Notes under the pieces: generated by a model
Databases searched by the model: none
Told to the model about the DNA's origin: nothing
The model's input: only the letters and a program-made list of their open reading frames with translations
Shown: positions 1 through 6,754 of the stretch, in pieces
Layout: each line of letters starts with the position of its first letter
How positions within the stretch are numbered: position 1 is the first letter of the stretch
DNA from: an archaeon
GTDB taxonomy: Archaea > Asgardarchaeota > Thorarchaeia > Thorarchaeales > Thorarchaeaceae
Reading direction: 5' to 3'
Length of the DNA stretch: 32,000 nucleotides
Assembly (NCBI GenBank): GCA_024275415.1
Contig: JAJRZD010000025.1
Location: 1-32,000 of the forward strand
Position numbers and translations under genes: made by a program

Positions 1-3000
1 AGAGTAACATATCTGGTGGAATGACGAATCCCCCACCAGGTCCGGTAGGAGTAGTGGGTTCGGGTGTCTGAGTCACAGTTCCGGCTTCAAACGGATCTGA
101 GTCAATCACATCAGTAAGACTGTACGAGTCTGTAACTCGCACCTGTACCGTGTAGTTTTTGATCAAGAATCCGGATGAGTCCCAATCGAAGGTCGTGGTT
201 GTAAGATCCGTTGCGATGAGCTGGTAGGTTTCACCACCGTCACCTGACAACAGAACTTCATAGGTATGAGTGTCTTGAGCGTTCAGGTCTGTGATGGACC
301 ACGAAATGGTCTTGGTCGCACCCTCGCCAGTAACTGATACGTCCACGAAGTGTGGAGCGAAGTAGTTCTGGAAGGTCACGGCTGCAAGGTTCATTTCAAA
401 GCCCATGTTAGTCCCCGTTGTCGCAACAATCTGAACCTGGAAGGTTCCGTTCTTCAGGAGGTCATAGGTGTCGAAGGTAACTTCGTTGCCTGTGGCCTTC
501 TCATAGATACCGACACGGGTATCCACGGTGACTTCGTATTCACCAGAAGCAAGGTCGTAGTCAAAGATACCAATAGCAATCATTCCACTGCGGTCTGCGG
601 TGAACGAGCCTTCTTCTGGATGAGCACCTGTTGCCATCTGATCTCCAAGCAGGTTGTTGCTGTATGACCAAGAAGAGTTGTCAGTGTCAGCCCACCATGC
701 CATGATATCACAGTCACCGTTGGTGAAGTCTACCACGACACTAACCTCATCACCTTCAACGATACCATCGACATACTCCCAAGCGAATTGAGAAGTGTCA
801 ATAGGACCGGTGAATGGATCATAGCTCGAGTCGGGGATGACAAGTGTTCCGCTATTCTGATAGAATACACCAGAGAGGAAGCCAATCTGGACACTTGTTA
901 CATCGAACTCGGGCATGTTCGGTAGGTTGAACGCTGGATAGGATACATTGACGACTGCATGGTCACCCCAGACGGTGTCACCGTCATCCCAAGTGAACAC
1001 ACCAGACCTGTCGTCTGTGGTGTAACTTAGAATCGGATCCTGGTTCGTCAGGGCATCGTAGAGCATCGCTTCCAGAGTGAACTCAACAGGCTGAGCGGTG
1101 GTACCGTTCTGTGCCAGTGGGTGCACTAGGAGGTAGTAGTAACCTGCGCCATCAATCGCAGCGAGTAGGGCTGTGCTTGTGGCTGTTTCAGCAGAGCTGG
1201 TAGCGAGTAGACCGTTCTCTGAATCATAGAGAGCGATGTACAAGTCACTTCCTTCGTCTGCGAACTCAGCACGGATACCGAGGTAAGCCGCAGTATCGTA
1301 TGCGTTGTAAAGCACATAGCTCCTGAAGTCCCAATCGTCTGGGTCTTCTTCCATCGAACCGAACAGCACATTGTCGTATGGGGTCATGTCAGCACCGTAG
1401 TCAGTGAACAAGGTATTGATGTTTCCACCATCCTCAGTTATGTTGTAGACTACTGTGTAGGCGTATGGTGCTATGAATGAACCGAAGTTGATGAATCCAG
1501 TGTAGATACCTGGATCTACAGGGTCTGGAACTGTCAACGTGATGTTGACTGAGGCAACAGCATTACCGTCGTCTGCAAAGGTAATCACTCCAGGGTCAGT
1601 AGCAGTGTAGGTAATGATAGTGACCGTGAAGTCATTTCCTGGAACAGCGGTCGCATTCCACCAGTCAGTGGCAACATCATGAACCGGGTCGTGAATGACG
1701 AGGGTCAAATCACCTGCAAGGGTTTCTGGAGCCCACTGCATGAGATTGATGTTACTGCCATCACTTGCGCTGGTCAGACGATGTAGTTCATCATAATTGG
1801 TAGTTGTCAGGTTGTAGAGGCTAGGCTTGCCATCACCAGACACATCCTCCCAATCATAGAGGAACATCCATGGATAAGCACCTGCAACATCGCCTTCGTC
1901 AAATGACACAACAATCTGTATCATATCTGCACCCATAACTGCTGCATAGTCAGTGCCAAGTGCCTCTGAGATGTTGAAGTAGCCGTACATCTGTTCGTTG
2001 CTAACGGTGTCGTTGTAGGAGAATGTGGTGTCCTGGAAAGTGAACGAGGCAGACATGTTGTAGAAGAAGGCAGTTGTGCCACCCCACGCCCATACCTCAT
2101 TAGGAGTTGTAAACAGATCCGCAGCATTATCATAGATGCCGTAGCTGACAGTCACCGAGTCTCCGGGCATGACCTGACCGAAGAATATCGCTCCATCGTA
2201 GTTCGCATCTGGGAATGCAACAGTGGTACTGTTCACATCACGAGGTACGTATGAACTGGGGAGGACACCCCAATATGCCCATGCGTCACCGATGAGTTGT
2301 GCGAAGTTGTACGAGGAATCTGTTGTTGCTCCCACAATCCCTACATTGTTAGCGGCGAAATCACATGCTGCTGCAGCATCGACTCTACCGAAGCCTTGGA
2401 TTGCGGCATCATAGCCCATGTCCTTAGCTGTTGATTGGATGATAGTCTTGACAACGAATGGGTTGTCACCACTTGCTGAATCGAAGTTGAGTGCGTCCAT
2501 CACGAGTGCTACAACACCAGCGGCAACAGGTGCGGCTTGGCTTGTACCAGCGAAGAGGGTTGTATTCGACTCAGTACCCCAAGTATCACCATAGTAGTCT
2601 GAATACCACGGCATACCTGAATAGCCTGCAAGTCCGGGAGCCAGTACATCAGGCTTTGGATAGCCTGTGAAGCTTGGACCACGGCTGCTGAAGGAAGCAA
2701 TGCCTTCGTATGGCTGAGTTGGGCCGTAGAGATATTCTAACCACATGCTCGCTGTCGAAGCACCGACCGTAAGGACGGCTGTGGCTGCACCGGGTGGACC
2801 GATGGTCATGTACCCAGCACCTTCGTTTCCGGCTGAGAAGACATGTAGAAGACCAGGATAACCATTATCGCTGTCAAGTATTCCTGGAGTTGACAGGATC
2901 TCCCATGTAAATGCGAGATAGTTCATCTGACTAGAGGGTGGAGTAATCCATCCCCATGAGTTTGTCACGAAGTCCGCCATGTGCGCACCTGTGTAGTTGA

Positions 3001-4663
3001 ACTCACCTGAGGTTTCATTGACCATTTCAAAGCCTGCTAGCCACAAGTAGCTGAAGTAGTCTGAAGCACCCGAGAGGGCACGCACAGAGATCATATCAGC
3101 ACCTGGAGCAATACCAGTCATGTTGACATAGCGGTCGTTATCCTCATTGTACCAGTCGTTGGCAACATCCCGTCCTACGACATGAATTGCAGTAGCAGTA
3201 CCGTGGCTACCGTCATCCCAGTAGAGGGAGAAGTCACCGTTCACGCTGAATCCTTGGAATATTGGATCTGAAGTGTTCCAGTCGGTGAAGCCAAAGGCAT
3301 CATATGCCCAACTGAGTGAGCCCAGACTGAAATCGTCGAGACCAACACCATCGTAGTTGTATGCAACGATTGGGTTGCTCATGTCATAGATCTCGCCTTC
3401 AGCGAATTCATCTACGAAGCTCCAGTCGAACTTGTTGTAGATGTAATCAAGATCACCTTCAGAGGTGTGTGACACATTGATGGAGTTCCAGTAGAATGCA
3501 TTTGTCCACATGTAGTTCCATGCGTCAGCATCATCCCAGTTGACCATCATGTGATAACCTTTGTCGGTACCATTGTAAACGAGGGCTGGTGCAAAGATCT
3601 TTGCGTATGGACCACTCTGTTGCTGGAATATCCAGTTGACCTGATAGTGAGTACCAGCAGTCAGATTCCCAGTGTCAGGAAGTGTCCAGTCCTGTTTTGT
3701 TTCCTCAAGCCAAGTGGCATTCATAGCTGCAAAACCATAACCTTCAATCCAGAAGTAGTTGTACAGCCAGATGAAACCGACACGGCTCTGGTATGGAACA
3801 CCAGGACCACCATCACCGTAAAGGTATCGGACACCGCCTCCATTGTTCAGGAGTGGATCCCAACCAGTCACATTCAGCTTGACATCACCATTATCATCAA
3901 TGTAGGTGAGCAGGTTGCCTTTCACGTCAACCCAATCGGTGATATTGTCAATGTAGCTGGCATTAGCATAATACCACATAGGTGTGATGCCTTCACCAGT
4001 GCCGTCGAAGGTACCAGTATTGTATGCATCCTGAAGCGCGGGATGACCGAAGTCAGCTCCGGTGTCGACGTGACCAACGGTAACTCCAGTCCCATCAAAA
4101 GCATGGGCCGCACCATTGTCAGCGCCAACAATGTCATAGATGTAGTCCATATCGACACCCTCACTTGGTATTGAAGGAGCAATGTCAATTTCCTTCACGA
4201 GGTCATCCATGACAGGTGTTCGCCACAGGTCTGCATCAATCAGACCGACGCCCTTGATCTTGGCAAGTTCAGTAACAGCCTCGGGACTACTAATAGTGAC
4301 CTTCAAGGTCTGGAAATAGCCCAAGTTCACAAACATGTCCACGGACACAACATCTCTGATAGCATCCATGTTCACATCTGGAGTGGTGACAACGATAGCG
4401 CTAACGCCATCCTTTGTTGAAACCATCTCATCTGTTACGACTCCAGTCTCAATCCATGAAGCCAAGACAGCGTCAATCTCTGGTGCAAAACCGGGTTGAT
4501 TCACGGTCTGATACCAGTTATTGAGCTTTTCTTGAGTTGCAGGAGCGAGACTGGGTGAGCTTGCCACTTCGGCTTGGGCAACAGGCCCAACTGGTGCCAT
4601 GAACACTGATAGTGTTAGCACAGCAATAAACAGCAGAACTGCCGATTTATTTGATAAGCTCAT
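1..4663 (-). CDS. Giant secreted S8 (pyrolysin-like) serine peptidase, >=1554 aa, 3' end beyond the window; absent from the ORF track
   Basis: Translated by hand. ATG at 4663 follows GAGGAG (4679-4674). Signal peptide MSLSNKSAVLLFIAVLTLSVFMAPVG. All catalytic motifs are in one frame: VGHVDTG (Asp 4066-4064), DDGSHGTATA (His 3205-3203), FSAGNEG, KPDVLAPG, FAGTSQAAPVAAG (~2550-2520). These are followed by beta-rich domains and a Thr/Pro linker (TVTQTPEPTTPTGPGGG) at the window edge. Confidence 0.93.
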   Translation of the reverse strand, partial: MSLSNKSAVLLFIAVLTLSVFMAPVGPVAQAEVASSPSLAPATQEKLNNWYQTVNQPGFAPEIDAVLASWIETGVVTDEMVSTKDGVSAIVVTTPDVNMDAIRDVVSVDMFVNLGYFQTLKVTISSPEAVTELAKIKGVGLIDADLWRTPVMDDLVKEIDIAPSIPSEGVDMDYIYDIVGADNGAAHAFDGTGVTVGHVDTGADFGHPALQDAYNTGTFDGTGEGITPMWYYANASYIDNITDWVDVKGNLLTYIDDNGDVKLNVTGWDPLLNNGGGVRYLYGDGGPGVPYQSRVGFIWLYNYFWIEGYGFAAMNATWLEETKQDWTLPDTGNLTAGTHYQVNWIFQQQSGPYAKIFAPALVYNGTDKGYHMMVNWDDADAWNYMWTNAFYWNSINVSHTSEGDLDYIYNKFDWSFVDEFAEGEIYDMSNPIVAYNYDGVGLDDFSLGSLSWAYDAFGFTDWNTSDPIFQGFSVNGDFSLYWDDGSHGTATAIHVVGRDVANDWYNEDNDRYVNMTGIAPGADMISVRALSGASDYFSYLWLAGFEMVNETSGEFNYTGAHMADFVTNSWGWITPPSSQMNYLAFTWEILSTPGILDSDNGYPGLLHVFSAGNEGAGYMTIGPPGAATAVLTVGASTASMWLEYLYGPTQPYEGIASFSSRGPSFTGYPKPDVLAPGLAGYSGMPWYSDYYGDTWGTESNTTLFAGTSQAAPVAAGVVALVMDALNFDSASGDNPFVVKTIIQSTAKDMGYDAAIQGFGRVDAAAACDFAANNVGIVGATTDSSYNFAQLIGDAWAYWGVLPSSYVPRDVNSTTVAFPDANYDGAIFFGQVMPGDSVTVSYGIYDNAADLFTTPNEVWAWGGTTAFFYNMSASFTFQDTTFSYNDTVSNEQMYGYFNISEALGTDYAAVMGADMIQIVVSFDEGDVAGAYPWMFLYDWEDVSGDGKPSLYNLTTTNYDELHRLTSASDGSNINLMQWAPETLAGDLTLVIHDPVHDVATDWWNATAVPGNDFTVTIITYTATDPGVITFADDGNAVASVNITLTVPDPVDPGIYTGFINFGSFIAPYAYTVVYNITEDGGNINTLFTDYGADMTPYDNVLFGSMEEDPDDWDFRSYVLYNAYDTAAYLGIRAEFADEGSDLYIALYDSENGLLATSSAETATSTALLAAIDGAGYYYLLVHPLAQNGTTAQPVEFTLEAMLYDALTNQDPILSYTTDDRSGVFTWDDGDTVWGDHAVVNVSYPAFNLPNMPEFDVTSVQIGFLSGVFYQNSGTLVIPDSSYDPFTGPIDTSQFAWEYVDGIVEGDEVSVVVDFTNGDCDIMAWWADTDNSSWSYSNNLLGDQMATGAHPEEGSFTADRSGMIAIGIFDYDLASGEYEVTVDTRVGIYEKATGNEVTFDTYDLLKNGTFQVQIVATTGTNMGFEMNLAAVTFQNYFAPHFVDVSVTGEGATKTISWSITDLNAQDTHTYEVLLSGDGGETYQLIATDLTTTTFDWDSSGFLIKNYTVQVRVTDSYSLTDVIDSDPFEAGTVTQTPEPTTPTGPGGGFVIPPDMLL

Positions 4664-4686
4664 TTTTCTCTTTCTCCTCACTTTTC

Positions 4687-4815
4687 AATAGAGAACAGAG
4701 AGATATCAGAACACGAGTCGACTAAGACATGCTCTGACCGCAATAAACCTATACCTGCCGAGAACGTTGCCCCGTCGGGCCGGCAAGCATATCTCCTCAT
4801 TCCGCGTTCTCTACT
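4687..4815 (-). promoter_or_regulatory. Candidate structured 5' leader RNA of the giant S8 gene
   Basis: Nested complementary segments: 4815-4806/4696-4687, 4796-4789/4706-4699, 4788-4781/4760-4753, 4780-4777/4772-4769 and 4736-4728/4715-4707. All non-Watson-Crick pairs are G-U on the minus strand. Confidence 0.55.
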
Positions 4816-4851
4816 TCCAATGTGATTACTACTCTGACGTGCAATAGGGAC

Positions 4852-4857
4852 TATTAA
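4852..4857 (-). promoter_or_regulatory. Putative TATA box (TTAATA) of the giant S8 gene
   Basis: TTAATA on the minus strand about 37 nt upstream of the structured leader. The spacing fits a start site near 4826-4830. Confidence 0.4.
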
Positions 4858-5046
4858 GCGTTATGCCACTCCATAGGAGTAATAAGCATTAACAACCACC
4901 GTTTTTAATCTTAATACCAATATGAGGTAGAATGTAGACAAATTAATAGTTCTAATCACTCTTCTTGATAAACTGTGGGTCGATACTTCTTAATAGATAT
5001 GGGTCTATTCAATTAAGGGGTTAACCACCCAATAAGATAATGTCAG

Positions 5047-6168
5047 TCATTGGCGCGCCATCTTCTTTATGCTATCGACAATCTCATGGGCCATCATGAC
5101 AGCCCCGATAAGTTCCACCTTTGGAGTGTCGTCCTTCTCAGCTGGTGAGCCAGCTATCCTACCCATTGACCGACCAAGTCCCTCAATCAGACTTGATAAT
5201 GCCTCCTTTGTGGACGGTTCGAGCCCGCTTGACTCAATCTGCGATATCAGCTGTGCCAAATCAGAAATGACGCTGTCTGAAACCTCTGACGCGGTTTCAG
5301 CTCTTCGTGTATAATCTTCCAGCTGAGCAGTCAACGCATTGATCTTGTCGTTGAGTTCCTTGACCCTTTCTGAATCCACGGCCGGTGTTGTGGACGCTTC
5401 GGCAGTAACCTTCGATGATTCCATCATAAGACGGATCTCATCTATTTCCGATTGCAGACGCCCGATAGTTTCATCCTTCTTGGAGATCGTTTCAAGAAGC
5501 TCCTGTTCACGGGTCGCATCCTCAGAATCGGATTTCAGTTTCGCTTCCATCTCAGTGATGGCTGTTTCCCGCTCACCAACAGCTTCCTTCAATGCGACAA
5601 GCTCGGCTTGTAAAGCATCAAGGTTCTCTTCCTTCTCTTTGAGGAATTCATTTAGTTTCTTGTTCTCGGCCTCAAGTTCCTTCTTTGTCTTAGCCAAGCC
5701 CTCAGATATGTCTGACAACTCCTTGAGCTTATCCCGCAAAAGAACAAAGTCGGGATCCGGTGGCGAAATAACATAATTGGCCATAAATGTAAAGATGACA
5801 ATTGTTCCAATCAGGTAAATCATGAAGTAAGCGATGTTATATGTGAACACCATGTGAGTGACTCTTTGGAGGATGGCCACAAATACATCATAGGATCCAA
5901 AAGAAACATCTGTAGGCATCCAATACATCGAACCGAATCCTGCATACAGTATCATTATGAATGCTCCAGCCGCTCCAAGGAGAGCAATAAAGATGATGAG
6001 ATTCCTACGGAGTTCCTTAGACGGAAGATACCTCTGATAGAGCAGAAGAAGAATCGCACCGAATACTAGTGGCAACGCAAAAGGGATGACTGCAGCAAGA
6101 TTACTCCCAAACTCTGTGGGAAATTCGATTAGTGACACAAGACTGGGATTCATACTGGGATTTACCAA
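5047..6168 (-). CDS. Membrane protein with 3 predicted TM helices and a long C-terminal coiled coil (373 aa)
   Basis: AGGAGG lies 9 nt before the TTG start. Hydrophobic segments at aa ~24-44, 57-77 and 111-134 are followed by E/K-rich heptads (LKELSDISEGLAKTKKELEAENKKLNEFL...). Confidence 0.85.
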   Translation of the reverse strand: MVNPSMNPSLVSLIEFPTEFGSNLAAVIPFALPLVFGAILLLLYQRYLPSKELRRNLIIFIALLGAAGAFIMILYAGFGSMYWMPTDVSFGSYDVFVAILQRVTHMVFTYNIAYFMIYLIGTIVIFTFMANYVISPPDPDFVLLRDKLKELSDISEGLAKTKKELEAENKKLNEFLKEKEENLDALQAELVALKEAVGERETAITEMEAKLKSDSEDATREQELLETISKKDETIGRLQSEIDEIRLMMESSKVTAEASTTPAVDSERVKELNDKINALTAQLEDYTRRAETASEVSDSVISDLAQLISQIESSGLEPSTKEALSSLIEGLGRSMGRIAGSPAEKDDTPKVELIGAVMMAHEIVDSIKKMARQ

Positions 6169-6296
6169 GATGGTGTTCCTCCTGAATACGCTTAACGGTA
6201 GAACAGTAAGATTCTTGAAATATATCTCTTCTTACCACTGAGAAAATCAGAAAAAGAGGATGAACGGGGATGGGGCAGCACCCGAAAAGAAAGGTT

Positions 6297-6587
6297 TCAG
6301 CCCTTCCAGAGTTTTGCCTTTTCCGCCTCATGCTCCTCGACTAGGAACTCTAAGACCTTGTATAAACGGCAGACTTCTTCAATACTCAACACGAAGGCAC
6401 CTTTTATGTCGCGGTCTTCGCCAAGTGACAATCGCACTCGACCGTCATTGACCCATCCTTCAGGGGTTTTGCTTGGTCGAGCTAATTGGATTTCAAGCCA
6501 AGTCCTTCTTTTCGCACCAGTTTCTCGGTCATCAAAGAAGTGCTTGATCTGGAGCTTCCGTTCGTATTGTAACGATTCAACACCCAT
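6297..6587 (-). CDS. Small hypothetical protein, possible PC4/PUR/Whirly-like single-stranded nucleic-acid-binding fold (96 aa)
   Basis: GGAG RBS upstream. Beta-strand pattern followed by KGAFVLSIEEVCRLYKVL, which resembles the PC4 'KGISL..E....L' strand-helix junction. Confidence 0.7.
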   Translation of the reverse strand: MGVESLQYERKLQIKHFFDDRETGAKRRTWLEIQLARPSKTPEGWVNDGRVRLSLGEDRDIKGAFVLSIEEVCRLYKVLEFLVEEHEAEKAKLWKG

Positions 6588-6754
6588 ACTGCTTCACTCC
6601 TTGAGAAGTCAATCTCAATAGAATTCTCACACCAAAATCATTTTACTTCATAGCTCGGGCATGACGAGAAATTAGATATTATTGATACATTTACGCCTTC
6701 AAGAAAAACCTTAACTTGTGTCCGAATGAGCAAAGAGCAGAAGGATGGTCACCT

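Noticed and set aside
350-4188. Track ORFs at 350-667, 1126-1371, 1921-2133, 2223-2414, 2509-2700, 3551-4174 and 3922-4188
   Set aside because: All are antisense or off-frame shadows of the continuous S8 reading frame 4663 to 1, and have no motifs of their own.
4687-4815. Leader as a known riboswitch (for example c-di-AMP/ydaO) or tRNA
   Set aside because: Only a short GAACGCGGAA resemblance; the conserved segments and the cloverleaf/T-loop features are missing.
4868-5009. Short inverted repeats ACTCC-ATA-GGAGT (4868-4880) and AATAGA-N6-TCTATT (4992-5009); also ATCTG-N5-CAGAT (14142-14156)
   Set aside because: The 5-6 bp arms are expected by chance in AT-rich intergenic DNA, and they share no consensus or spacing.
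5047-6168. Three-TM protein as an SREBP-like substrate of the S1P-like protease
   Set aside because: There is no RxxL-type site in the predicted outer loop and no DNA-binding domain, so proximity is the only support.
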